Shown here piece after piece: positions 47,968 through 56,832 of a DNA stretch of 64,000 bases. The position numbers were made by a program, and so were the translations under genes. How positions within the stretch are numbered: the first letter of the stretch is position 1; the number at the start of each line of letters is the position of its first letter. The notes under the pieces are model-generated. The model made no database searches and was not told where the DNA came from. It worked only from the letters and a program-made list of their open reading frames with translations. Source of the DNA: Candidatus Daviesbacteria bacterium (GTDB lineage: Bacteria; Patescibacteriota; Microgenomatia; Daviesbacterales; UBA10151); contig JACPDA010000005.1 of NCBI GenBank assembly GCA_016184225.1, forward strand, positions 3,590 to 67,589, in the 5' to 3' direction.

Positions 47968-48608
47968 AAAAAGGACAATTAATTGTTATAGAAGGAATTG
48001 ATGGGTCCGGTAAAACTACCCAAATCGATTTATTGGTAAAAGCTCTGGCAGAGAAAAATATTCCATATGAGGTAATTAGTTTCCCCAGATACGGAGATAA
48101 TATTTATGCAGATTTAGTGACAAGATATTTAGAAGGTGAGTTCGGTTCCCTAACGGAAGTGAATCCATATCTTTTGGCTTTAGCATTTGCAGGTGATAGG
48201 CTTTTGGCAAAACCGGAAATTGAAAAATGGCTTTCTGAGGGGAAGCTAGTGTTGGCCAACAGGTATGTTTCTGCCAATAAGGCCCACATGGGGGCTCATC
48301 TGTCGCAAGACCAAAGAGCAGAGTTTATTTCCTGGTTGGAAGAGCTGGAATACCAAACTAACCGGATGCCAAGAGAAGACTTAACAATTCTTTTGTCAGT
48401 TGATCCCAAAATAGGACAACAAAATGTTGCCGGCAGGCTGTCTGATCTTCATGAGGAAAATATTAAACACCTGGAGGAAGCAAATAAAATCTATTTGGAA
48501 TTATCTAGAAAAGAAGATAATTGGTGTGTAATTGATTGTATGAAAGATGGGAAAATGAGATCTGTGCAAGACATTCACCAAGAATTATTACCAATTTTGA
48601 CTTTTTAG
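47964..48608 (+). CDS. tmk: Thymidylate kinase
   Basis: LIVIEGIDGSGKTTQ P-loop; DRY-like region. Confidence 0.9.
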   Translation: MKKGQLIVIEGIDGSGKTTQIDLLVKALAEKNIPYEVISFPRYGDNIYADLVTRYLEGEFGSLTEVNPYLLALAFAGDRLLAKPEIEKWLSEGKLVLANRYVSANKAHMGAHLSQDQRAEFISWLEELEYQTNRMPREDLTILLSVDPKIGQQNVAGRLSDLHEENIKHLEEANKIYLELSRKEDNWCVIDCMKDGKMRSVQDIHQELLPILTF

Positions 48609-48638
48609 TATTTCTGTCATAGAATACTTAATCTATCT

Positions 48639-49190
48639 ATGCCAAAAATTGAAACAGCTGCAGAACTGGTTCAAACACTAACAACTAGTCTTTCAAGTTT
48701 AAATCGTGATACGTGTGTATCTAGACCAATGCCAGTTATAAGGTCTGAAGCAGAAAGCATGCAGATTTTCACAGAAGAGCTAAAAAGAAGCGACCTTCCG
48801 CATTTAGCTGAAGCAGTGGCTATTGTTCATAGGGGAGAATCAAAAGGAAAGGATGCAGGATTTAGTCTTACTGAAGCTGCTAGATTTAGAAGCCGCTTAA
48901 AAATAATGAGGGATTTTTATGCCGTAGCTTCTATGCCTAGCAATGTTTCTTTATTAGATGTTCCAGCTAAAGTAAAAAATGGTGAATATAGAGTAGGAGT
49001 AACAATAGGAGAAATAGCTGTAACACTCTATGAATTGGTCTTTGAAGCAGAGGGGATGGATTTTGATGGTACTGAGGCAACAGGTTACCGTGCACAGACT
49101 TTATCTGAACAAACAGGGATAGGAAAAAACCATTTAGATTTTGTTCTTTCGCCAATGATGGAAAGATTGCCTAATACCAGAATCGCTTAA
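48639..49190 (+). CDS. Hypothetical protein (183 aa)
   Basis: ORF only. Confidence 0.3.
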   Translation: MPKIETAAELVQTLTTSLSSLNRDTCVSRPMPVIRSEAESMQIFTEELKRSDLPHLAEAVAIVHRGESKGKDAGFSLTEAARFRSRLKIMRDFYAVASMPSNVSLLDVPAKVKNGEYRVGVTIGEIAVTLYELVFEAEGMDFDGTEATGYRAQTLSEQTGIGKNHLDFVLSPMMERLPNTRIA

Positions 49191-49260
49191 CAGTAATTTC
49201 CCACTTGAAAAAAGTGACAGATTGAATACAATTGTTTAATTCAGTCTCTAAAAATATAGA

Positions 49261-49308
49261 TTGCTACGCTAATCCCGATTGAATCGGGACTAATCGCTCG
49301 CAATGACG
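49261..49308. promoter_or_regulatory. Second copy of the 48 nt palindromic motif (TTGCTACGCTAATCCCGATTGAATCGGGACTAATCGCTCGCAATGACGA), directly upstream of dcd
   Basis: 47/48 identical to 29509-29556. Confidence 0.5.
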
Positions 49309-49320
49309 AAAGAAAAAACT

Positions 49321-50001
49321 ATGCCAAAGAAAAAGAAAAGATCCTGGACAAGCCAGGATGACAAAAATATTAGAGATGTTTTAGGAACCCTGCCTGATTG
49401 GGTTTTAAAAGAATATATTAAAAATGGCATTATCAAGATAGATCCGCTGCCGAAAGATTGGGAAAAAGCGGTGGACGAGGTGACTATTGATTTTCACTTA
49501 GGAAATAAACTGCGTGTTTTTACAGATGAGGGTTTAAACACCATAGATACCAGGTATGCCAGTAAAGAAGATATGGAATCTATGATGAGGTTGGTGGAAT
49601 TAAAACCAGGCCAACCGTTTATCCTGACAGAGCATGATTTTGTGATTGCCACGACTTATGAAAGGTTAAGCTTGCCGGATAATATTGTGGGGCACCTGCA
49701 TGGAAAAAGCTCCCTGGCTAGGTTAGGGGTGGTAGTCCATTCAACTGCTGCCAGATTTGATCCTGGTTGGGACGGGCATCCGGTTTTGGAATTTGGCACC
49801 TTTCTAAAAGGCAAGAAGCTGGTGATTTATGAGGGTAGCCCGATTTGCGCTTTTTCTTTTGAAAAGCTGGCAGCTCCTGTAGAGCGGTCTTATAAAAGCA
49901 GTCCTAATAACAGGTATGGGGGAAGTAATCTGCCGCAGGTTTCTAATTTGATGGGGAGGCGAGTGGCTCGTCACGTCACAAAGCACCGTTCGACCAGGTA
50001 A
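49321..50001 (+). CDS. dcd: dCTP deaminase-family protein (start set at MPKKKK, downstream of the palindromic motif)
   Basis: ...GKSSLARLGVVVH... and the dUTPase/dcd beta-barrel signature. Confidence 0.75.
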   Translation: MPKKKKRSWTSQDDKNIRDVLGTLPDWVLKEYIKNGIIKIDPLPKDWEKAVDEVTIDFHLGNKLRVFTDEGLNTIDTRYASKEDMESMMRLVELKPGQPFILTEHDFVIATTYERLSLPDNIVGHLHGKSSLARLGVVVHSTAARFDPGWDGHPVLEFGTFLKGKKLVIYEGSPICAFSFEKLAAPVERSYKSSPNNRYGGSNLPQVSNLMGRRVARHVTKHRSTR

Positions 50002-50068
50002 TCTGAAACATTAAGTAGTTCTCTGGTCTCACTATTTGAACATTTTGTGAATTAGATCTGCACACAAA

Positions 50069-50656
50069 ATGTTCCGAATGCAAAATATGAGTGTACTAGG
50101 ACTAGATGAAATACATAAAAGAATAAAGAAACATTCCCTAATCAAGAATTTAGGCCATAGGGATTTGAAAAACCCGGAAGGGGTAGGGATAGATTTGCGG
50201 TTAGGTTCTGTTCATAAAATCGTTAAAGGCGGGGCTTTTATTGAAGGCGACAGGCAACAGGCACTAGGCAGTAGAAAGGGAGTTAAGACAAAAGAGGTTG
50301 CTAAATTTCAGCAGGAAAAAGAAGAGCAAGAATGGATTGTAATAAAGCCCGGAGAATATTATTTAGCTCAGACTGTAGAAATAATCAATACCCCTTTGGA
50401 TTTAATGCCGGAAGTTTTCACCAGGACTTCACTTTTTAGAGCCGGACTATTGCTCTTGAATTCAAAAACAGATCCCGGTTACAATGGACAGCTGACAATG
50501 GGGTTAACTAATTTAAGTCCTTTTCCGGTTAAACTGCAGCTGGGGGCCAGGATTTGTAATATAATTTTTCATAAAATAAAGGGCAAAACAGTTTCTTACC
50601 AGGGACAGCATCAGGGTGGTAGGGTAAGTCCGAAGAAAGCAGAGAGACAAGTATGA
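50069..50656 (+). CDS. Second dCTP deaminase/dUTPase-superfamily paralog
   Basis: ...FTRTSLFRAGLLL...DPGYNGQLTMGL... dcd/dut pattern; contains a heptamer block GGCGACA GGCAACA GGCACTA GGCAGTA. Confidence 0.55.
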   Translation: MFRMQNMSVLGLDEIHKRIKKHSLIKNLGHRDLKNPEGVGIDLRLGSVHKIVKGGAFIEGDRQQALGSRKGVKTKEVAKFQQEKEEQEWIVIKPGEYYLAQTVEIINTPLDLMPEVFTRTSLFRAGLLLLNSKTDPGYNGQLTMGLTNLSPFPVKLQLGARICNIIFHKIKGKTVSYQGQHQGGRVSPKKAERQV

Positions 50657-51618
50657 GCAGACCGAAGCATCAAGAATATCAATATCTGGATTTACTAAAA
50701 GACATTCTAAAAAATGGCGTTAAAAAAATTGATCGGGGTACTGATGTAGCTTTGTATAGTGTTTTTGGCCGCCAGATCCGCTTTGATCTTTCGCAAGGGT
50801 TTCCGCTTTTAACCACCAAAAAAGTGTATTGGAAGGGAGTTTTGGAAGAACTTTATTGGTTTTTTTCAGGACAATCAAATATCAAATATTTGGTAGACCG
50901 TAATGTCCACATCTGGGATGATTATCCATATAAGATTTATAGTGCCAAGTGCCAAGTGCAAAGTGCAAAGTGTTTGACCAAGGAAAAATTTATAGAGAAG
51001 ATCAGGACTGATGAGCAATTTGCCAAGAAATGGGGAGAGTTACCAAGGATTTATGGTGAGATGTGGAGACGCTGGCCCACCAGAACAAAAAGAACCATTG
51101 ATCAACTGAAATGGATAGTCCAGGAATTAAAAGATGATCCTGATGCCAAAAATTTAATTGTTAATTCCTGGAATCCCGAATATTTATATACCATGGCTAC
51201 ATATGAAGATACTTCCCATTTTCCGATTTGTCACAATATGTTTCAGATTAACCAAAGAGCAGGTAAGCTTTCCTTGCAGCTTTATCATCGCAGCTGTGAT
51301 GTTTTCTTGGGTGTGCCTTTTAATATCGCAAGTTATGCATTACTGACTATGGTTTTAGCTAAAATTACGGGATATGAGCCGGGTGAATTTATTCATACTT
51401 TTGGTGATGTCCATATTTACGAAAATCATATGGCTCAAGTTAAAGAGCAGATTAAAAGAAAACCTAAGCATTTTCCCACCGTAAAAATAGATAAAGGCTT
51501 AAAAACAATTGAAGACTTTAAGCCGGAACTGGTAACTTTAGAAAATTATGATCCGCATCCGGTAATAAAAGCTGAGTTAACTGTGGCAGGTGGATATTAT
51601 GCAAAAACCAAAAGTTAG
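50653..51618 (+). CDS. thyA: Thymidylate synthase (ThyA type) with an insertion containing a heptamer tandem repeat (50941-50972)
   Basis: ...PICHNMFQINQRAGKLSLQLYHRSCDVFLGVPFNIASYALL... catalytic Cys region. Confidence 0.9.
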   Translation: MSRPKHQEYQYLDLLKDILKNGVKKIDRGTDVALYSVFGRQIRFDLSQGFPLLTTKKVYWKGVLEELYWFFSGQSNIKYLVDRNVHIWDDYPYKIYSAKCQVQSAKCLTKEKFIEKIRTDEQFAKKWGELPRIYGEMWRRWPTRTKRTIDQLKWIVQELKDDPDAKNLIVNSWNPEYLYTMATYEDTSHFPICHNMFQINQRAGKLSLQLYHRSCDVFLGVPFNIASYALLTMVLAKITGYEPGEFIHTFGDVHIYENHMAQVKEQIKRKPKHFPTVKIDKGLKTIEDFKPELVTLENYDPHPVIKAELTVAGGYYAKTKS

Positions 51619-52093
51619 TATTATTGTGGCCCTAGCCGGAAGCAAAAGAGTAATCGGCAAAAAGGGCGGCATGCCTTGGTATATTCCGGAGGAGCTAAAA
51701 AGGTTTAAAGAAATTACCATGGGTCACCCGATTATCATGGGAAGAAGGACCCATGGGTCTATCGGAAAAGTTTTGCCAGGAAGAGTAAATATTGTGATCA
51801 CTCGTGACTCCTCTTATCTGTCGGAGGGTATGAAAGTTACTCATTCGCTGGAAGAAGCTTTGCAGCTGGCAAAGGATCAACCTGGAAATGATGAGGTATT
51901 CGTGATCGGTGGAGGAGAAATCTACAAACAGGCTGTGCCTATTGCTGATAAGCTGTATCTGACAGTGATTGATATGGAAATAGAAGGAGACACATTTTTC
52001 CCGGATTATTCGGAGTTTAAAAGGATAGTCTGGCAGTCGCCGGAGCAGGAATCAGATGGGCTTAAATACAGGTTTTTGGAGTTGGAGCGATAA
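51590..52093 (+). CDS. folA: Dihydrofolate reductase
   Basis: ISIIVALAGSKRVIGKKGGMPWYIPEELKRFKEITMGHPIIMGRRT. Confidence 0.85.
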   Translation: MDIMQKPKVSIIVALAGSKRVIGKKGGMPWYIPEELKRFKEITMGHPIIMGRRTHGSIGKVLPGRVNIVITRDSSYLSEGMKVTHSLEEALQLAKDQPGNDEVFVIGGGEIYKQAVPIADKLYLTVIDMEIEGDTFFPDYSEFKRIVWQSPEQESDGLKYRFLELER

Positions 52094-52233
52094 ATAATTT
52101 ACTAATACCGATTGACAATCAATCTCTTATAAGTTAAACTGAGGCACATTACACATCTATCAGTTTACCCCGATTAGATCGGGGTTTAGGTTTTCCTGGA
52201 ACTATATTGCTGATAGAGAGGAACAAGGAAAAC

Positions 52234-53073
52234 ATGTACAAATTACCTAGTTTACAGGAATTGCTGGAAGCCGGGGTGCATTTTGGGCATCAGGTTCGGC
52301 GTGGCCACCCCCGGATGCGGCCCTATATTTATGGTGCCAGGGAGGGTGTCCATGTCATTGACTTAACCCAATCCGAGAAATACTTAAAAGAAGCCTGTGA
52401 ATTTGTTTATGAGCTGGGAAAATTCGGAAAAGTATTGCTTTTTGTGGGGACAAAAAAACAGGCAAAACCCGTTATTGAAGAGTTAGCAAAGGAATTTCAA
52501 GCGCCCTACTTGGTCCAGCGTTGGATGGGTGGGTTTTTAACTAATTTTGAGCAGATGCAGAAAAATATCAAGATCCTTAAAGAATACTTAGAACAAAAAG
52601 AAAAAGGCCAACTCTCCAAATATACTAAAAAAGAACAACTACTGCTGGATAGGAAAATGGGTAAACTGCAAAAAGATTTTGCCGGAGTGATGGATTTAGG
52701 TAAACTCCCGGATGCTTTGTTTGTGGTGGATGCTGTCTCAGACAATATTGCCATCAGGGAAGCTCGGAGGTTAAATATTAAGGTGGTAGCAATTACAGAT
52801 TCTAATTCCGATCCTACAGAAATAGATTATCCTATTCCCGGTAATGACGATGCGATAAAATCAATTAAAGTATTGGTAGGGGCGATAGCTTCGGCTTATG
52901 GTGAGGGTAAAAAAGAAGCAGGAAAAGTAGCTGAGAAGCTTTTGAAAAGCCAAGAAAAAGAGGCAGCTAAAAAGGAAGATGTGCTGCCGGAGGAATTAAA
53001 GGAAGAAGTGGCAGTAGCAGAAGAGATGGTGGAGAAAAAGGCGGTTAAAGAGTCAGAGAGGATAGTAGAGTAA
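52234..53073 (+). CDS. rpsB: 30S ribosomal protein S2 (ATG at 52234 with an AAGGAAA SD; C-terminal charged extension)
   Basis: LLEAGVHFGHQVRRGHPRMRPYIYG... Confidence 0.9.
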   Translation: MYKLPSLQELLEAGVHFGHQVRRGHPRMRPYIYGAREGVHVIDLTQSEKYLKEACEFVYELGKFGKVLLFVGTKKQAKPVIEELAKEFQAPYLVQRWMGGFLTNFEQMQKNIKILKEYLEQKEKGQLSKYTKKEQLLLDRKMGKLQKDFAGVMDLGKLPDALFVVDAVSDNIAIREARRLNIKVVAITDSNSDPTEIDYPIPGNDDAIKSIKVLVGAIASAYGEGKKEAGKVAEKLLKSQEKEAAKKEDVLPEELKEEVAVAEEMVEKKAVKESERIVE

Positions 53074-53239
53074 AGAGAGTCCGGCTCGTCTGGATCGCAA
53101 AGTACCGCTCGTGCGACCACGTCACTCGCTATTTGTTTGTTTCGCGCCGAGTGATGGCTGGGTCATGAAGTGATTAGTGTGCTCAACGGCACCGATTACT
53201 TTGTTGTCTTAAGACTTCGCCGTCCTACAAGGAGGATTT

Positions 53240-53689
53240 ATGAAGATTAATGATATAAAAAAATTAAGAGAAGAGACAGGGGCGGGGATTGCCGACTGTA
53301 AGGAGGCTCTGAGCTTGTCGAAGGGCGATATAGAGAAAGCCAAGGAGTGGTTAAAGCAGAAGGGTTTGGATAAAGCTTCTTCCAAACTTGCAAGGGAAGT
53401 TAAAGCCGGGATAGTGGAAGTTTATTCCCATGGTGGGAAAGTGGGGGTTTTGGTAGAAGTCCTCTGTGAGACTGATTTTGTGGCCAGAACCGAGGATTTC
53501 AAAAATTTAGCCCACGAACTTGCTTTGCAGATTGCTTCCATGAACCCGGCAAGCGTTGAAGAATTACTGGCGGAGGAGTATATTAGGGATAATTCTTTGA
53601 CTGTGGAGCAGTTGATTAAATCAGTGATAGGAAAGTTGGGAGAAAATATACAAGTTGGAAGGTTTGAGAGGATAGCTTTGGGAGAATAG
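53240..53689 (+). CDS. tsf: Elongation factor Ts, short form (149 aa)
   Basis: LREETGAGIADCKEAL...; GGAGG SD. Confidence 0.8.
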   Translation: MKINDIKKLREETGAGIADCKEALSLSKGDIEKAKEWLKQKGLDKASSKLAREVKAGIVEVYSHGGKVGVLVEVLCETDFVARTEDFKNLAHELALQIASMNPASVEELLAEEYIRDNSLTVEQLIKSVIGKLGENIQVGRFERIALGE

Positions 53690-53758
53690 AGTCTAGAGTC
53701 AAGAATCTAGAGTCTAGGAAAACAAAGTCTAGACTCTCGACTCTAGCAACTAGTCACT
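53687..53758. repeat. Family-C palindromic element filling the tsf-frr spacer (begins at the tsf TAG)
   Basis: TAGAGTCTAGAGTCAAGAATCTAGAGTCTAGG...GTCTAGACTCTCGACTCTAGCAACTAGTCACTAT. Confidence 0.8.
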
Positions 53759-53765
53759 ATTAAAC

Positions 53766-54320
53766 ATGGATCCGATTTTAAACGAACCGAATGAGAAAAT
53801 AGAGGCAGTATTGCACCACTTCAAAGTGGAAATTGCCGGTATCCGGGCTGGTAGGGCAAACCCGGCTTTGATAGAGAATATTTTGGTTAACGCTTATGGA
53901 TCCAACATGAAGCTTAACGAGGTGGGCAATATTTCTGCCCCGCAGCCCTCCCTTTTAACAATCCAGGTTTGGGATGCTTCTATTTTGGATAAAGTAATCA
54001 AGGCTATCCAGGAAGCAAATTTAGGTTTAAACCCTTCCAATGAAGGTACGTTAATCCGTTTGCCAATTCCTCCTTTGACTGCTGAAAGGCGTGAAGAATT
54101 TATTAAGCTGTTACATCAAAAGAGAGAGGAAGCGCATGTTTCCATCAGACAAATCAGGCATGATTTTAGAAACGGCTGGAAAAAGCAGTCAGACGAGGGT
54201 CAGTTTGGAGAGGATGAATTTTTCCGCAGGGAAAAAATTTTACAAGAGCTGGTGGACAAAAAAGTTGCAGAGATTGAAGAGTTAGGGAAAGCCAAGGCAG
54301 AAGAGCTAACACAAATATAG
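53766..54320 (+). CDS. frr: Ribosome recycling factor
   Basis: Canonical RRF sequence. Confidence 0.9.
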   Translation: MDPILNEPNEKIEAVLHHFKVEIAGIRAGRANPALIENILVNAYGSNMKLNEVGNISAPQPSLLTIQVWDASILDKVIKAIQEANLGLNPSNEGTLIRLPIPPLTAERREEFIKLLHQKREEAHVSIRQIRHDFRNGWKKQSDEGQFGEDEFFRREKILQELVDKKVAEIEELGKAKAEELTQI

Positions 54321-54393
54321 CTTTCAGTCATCAGTCTTCAGCTTTCAGACTTTTCTGATTTGTCTGACGACTGACAGCTGACAGCTGACGACT
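54321..54393. repeat. Family-A palindromic element filling the frr-rseP spacer
   Basis: CTTTCAGTCATCAGTCTTCAGCTTTCAGAC-11nt-GTCTGACGACTGACAGCTGACAGCTGACGACT, then ATTATG. Confidence 0.8.
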
Positions 54394-54396
54394 ATT

Positions 54397-55497
54397 ATGA
54401 TATTTTCCATCATCATTTTTATTATTACCCTGTTGGTTTTAGTCCTAATCCATGAATTTGGACACTTTTTAGTAGCCAAGAAATTTGGCATTAAAGTGGA
54501 AGAATTTGGATTTGGCATTCCTCCCAGAGCTTGGGGTAAAAAAATCGGTGAAACCATATACTCTATAAACTGGTTGCCTTTTGGAGGCTTTGTCAGACTA
54601 TTAGGAGAGGATGAGGAAGAATCTGAGGGCAAGAAAATTTCTGTAAAAAATAGCAGGGATTTTAGGACCAAGCCGGTAAGCAAAAGGATCATAGTTGTGG
54701 TGGCAGGGGTCATCATGAACTTAGTCCTGGCTTGGATACTGTTTTATACAGTAATTGTTTCCCAAAACTTTAAAGTTATTTATCCTGCTGCCCAACCGGC
54801 AGTTTACATTGCCAAAGTACAGCAGGATTTCCCAGCAGTCAAAGCCGGCATAAAAGTGGGAGAGAAGTTGGTAGCCATAGATAACCAACCAGCCATCGAT
54901 ATTGAACAAGCCAGGGAAGAGATTAAATCCAAAGACGAAAAACCGCTGATTTTAACCTTGGCTGACAGTGACGGAAACAACCCTAGAAAAGTGGAGGTGA
55001 CTCCTAAAAAGCAGCCAAACGGTGATGTGCTGATTGGGGTAATATTTAGTCCCATCCCTTTCCGGGATTATACAACTACCAGCCAAAAAGTCTTCTCCGG
55101 AATCACTTATTCCTGGGATTTAACCAGGCTTACCTTTGTTGGTCTGGGAGGCTTAATCAATGATTTAATTTCGGGGAATTTCGGGCAGGCTTCAAAGTCC
55201 GTAGCCGGGCCGGTAGGATTGGCTGTAGTGACGGGTGAAATTTTATCCGCCGGTTGGGCAGCTATTTTACCATTTCTGTGGTTTGTCGGAGTCATCTCCT
55301 TAACCTTAGCCATCTTTAATGTCTTACCCATTCCGGCACTGGATGGAGGCAGGTTACTGTTTTTGGTGATTGAGGCAATTAGCCGTAAAAAGGTCAGGGA
55401 AGATGTAGAAAAAATGGTTCATCAAGTCGGGTTTATGATCCTTCTTGCTTTGGCCTTACTTGTGACATTTTCAGATATCCGCAAACTGCTTCCATAG
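54397..55497 (+). CDS. rseP: RIP zinc metalloprotease RseP (M50 with PDZ)
   Basis: HEFGHFLVAKKFG, a PDZ domain, FNVLPIPALDGG. Confidence 0.85.
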   Translation: MIFSIIIFIITLLVLVLIHEFGHFLVAKKFGIKVEEFGFGIPPRAWGKKIGETIYSINWLPFGGFVRLLGEDEEESEGKKISVKNSRDFRTKPVSKRIIVVVAGVIMNLVLAWILFYTVIVSQNFKVIYPAAQPAVYIAKVQQDFPAVKAGIKVGEKLVAIDNQPAIDIEQAREEIKSKDEKPLILTLADSDGNNPRKVEVTPKKQPNGDVLIGVIFSPIPFRDYTTTSQKVFSGITYSWDLTRLTFVGLGGLINDLISGNFGQASKSVAGPVGLAVVTGEILSAGWAAILPFLWFVGVISLTLAIFNVLPIPALDGGRLLFLVIEAISRKKVREDVEKMVHQVGFMILLALALLVTFSDIRKLLP

Positions 55498-55506
55498 GGG
55501 ATTTTT

Positions 55507-56169
55507 ATGATTGAAAGAATTTGTCAGTGGTTAGAAAGAGGGGTAATGATAGGGACGGCAATTGTTAACCCTGCTGCAGCACCAGCCAGTAGTATTTCGG
55601 CAGAGGTCCTTGGGCAGTTAGCATCTCCTCAAGTTGTGGTTATACCAGGCTCTATGCCCTCACAAAGGCTAAGTACCATTAGCTCCAATTTGGATATTAG
55701 GCTCTTTCTTATCGGTAGTTTCCCCAATAGGCCCGAAAATCTCTTAGATGAATTGCCTTTAGAAAATGCCAAGGTTAATTTAGGCGATCAGGTTACACCC
55801 GGAGTCAGAATCTATGTTGTAAATAAAAAAGAAAGTTATCCTGCTGAACTTATTGTGGAGACAAAAGTACAGACTCAAGGAGTGGAAGCAAAAGCTTGTA
55901 CATTACCCCCAAGCATAGATTGTACGCTCAAAGCTCCGTTAGATGTCAGTGTTTCTCTTAGAACGGTAGCATTAGGCCTTCCAGGGGTAGGCTTGATCGA
56001 AGAGAATTCTCTTACCAGGATTGAGGCGATACGGGGATTTGGGAGGGAGCATATCATAATAAGAGTAAAGGATAAAGCTAATGAGAATGTACTCTTTGAA
56101 CAACAAGTAGATGTAACTGTATTACCGGAACAGACACAGTTTTTACCCCTTTTGCAAGTTAGCCGCTAA
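55507..56169 (+). CDS. Hypothetical protein (220 aa)
   Basis: ORF only. Confidence 0.3.
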   Translation: MIERICQWLERGVMIGTAIVNPAAAPASSISAEVLGQLASPQVVVIPGSMPSQRLSTISSNLDIRLFLIGSFPNRPENLLDELPLENAKVNLGDQVTPGVRIYVVNKKESYPAELIVETKVQTQGVEAKACTLPPSIDCTLKAPLDVSVSLRTVALGLPGVGLIEENSLTRIEAIRGFGREHIIIRVKDKANENVLFEQQVDVTVLPEQTQFLPLLQVSR

Positions 56170-56271
56170 ATTAATTATCTGAAAGTAGATAGAGTTGGTC
56201 ATGGTTACAACTAGTCGCTATAGCGATCCATTGTAACCTTAGTTAGAATCTGCTATTGTATATTTACACTT

Positions 56272-56832
56272 ATGAATGACAAAAAAATTCTAACAAGAGA
56301 GGTTTTAAAAGTGATTGCAGTAAGTGGGATATTAATCGGTTCTGCTTTTCTGCCCACCCTACCTATGGCTGCCGGGGCAGTTATCAAAGCCTGGAAAGAT
56401 ATAAATAAAAAGGATCTTGGAAGAATAATCAAAAGGCTTGAAAAGCAGGAGATGATCTTTATGGAAGAAAGGGCTGACGGTAAGATGGCAATACAGATTA
56501 CTGATAAAGGTAGGAAAAGGTTATTGGAATATGATTTTGAGAATATAGAACTGAAGACTAAAAGACGTGATGGGAAATGGAGGTTGGTGATATTTGATAT
56601 CCCGGAGGACAAGAAAAATGCCAGGGATGTTTTTAGAAGAAAACTTTTACAACTGGATTTTATCAGGCTTCAAGACAGTGTTTTTGCTAGTGCTTATCCT
56701 TGTAAGGCGGAAGTGGATTTTTTGTGTCATTTCTTGGGAATCTCAGATTTTGTAACCTTAGTTTCTTTAAATAAAATAGAAAGAGGGGAACAACTGATTT
56801 GGAAAAAGTATCGAGACTTTGGTGACAATTAG
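56272..56832 (+). CDS. PaaX-like wHTH plus Cas2-like-fold protein (paralog 3 of 3)
   Basis: ...TKRRDGKWRLVIFDIPEDKKNARDVFRRKLLQLDFIRLQDSVFAS...; flanked by direct repeats 56202-56237 and 56826-56856. Confidence 0.5.
   Translation: MNDKKILTREVLKVIAVSGILIGSAFLPTLPMAAGAVIKAWKDINKKDLGRIIKRLEKQEMIFMEERADGKMAIQITDKGRKRLLEYDFENIELKTKRRDGKWRLVIFDIPEDKKNARDVFRRKLLQLDFIRLQDSVFASAYPCKAEVDFLCHFLGISDFVTLVSLNKIERGEQLIWKKYRDFGDN

Noticed and set aside
21721-54393. Possible CRISPR arrays, suggested by the many short repeats
   Set aside because: The repeats are tandem 7-mers or single palindromes with no regular 25-40 nt spacers, and no cas genes are present. The Cas2-like fold in the PaaX-like proteins is not an adaptation module.
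54345-54716. Minus-strand ORF of 123 aa overlapping the rseP start
   Set aside because: It overlaps the strongly supported rseP gene and the family-A repeat, and has no domain signal.
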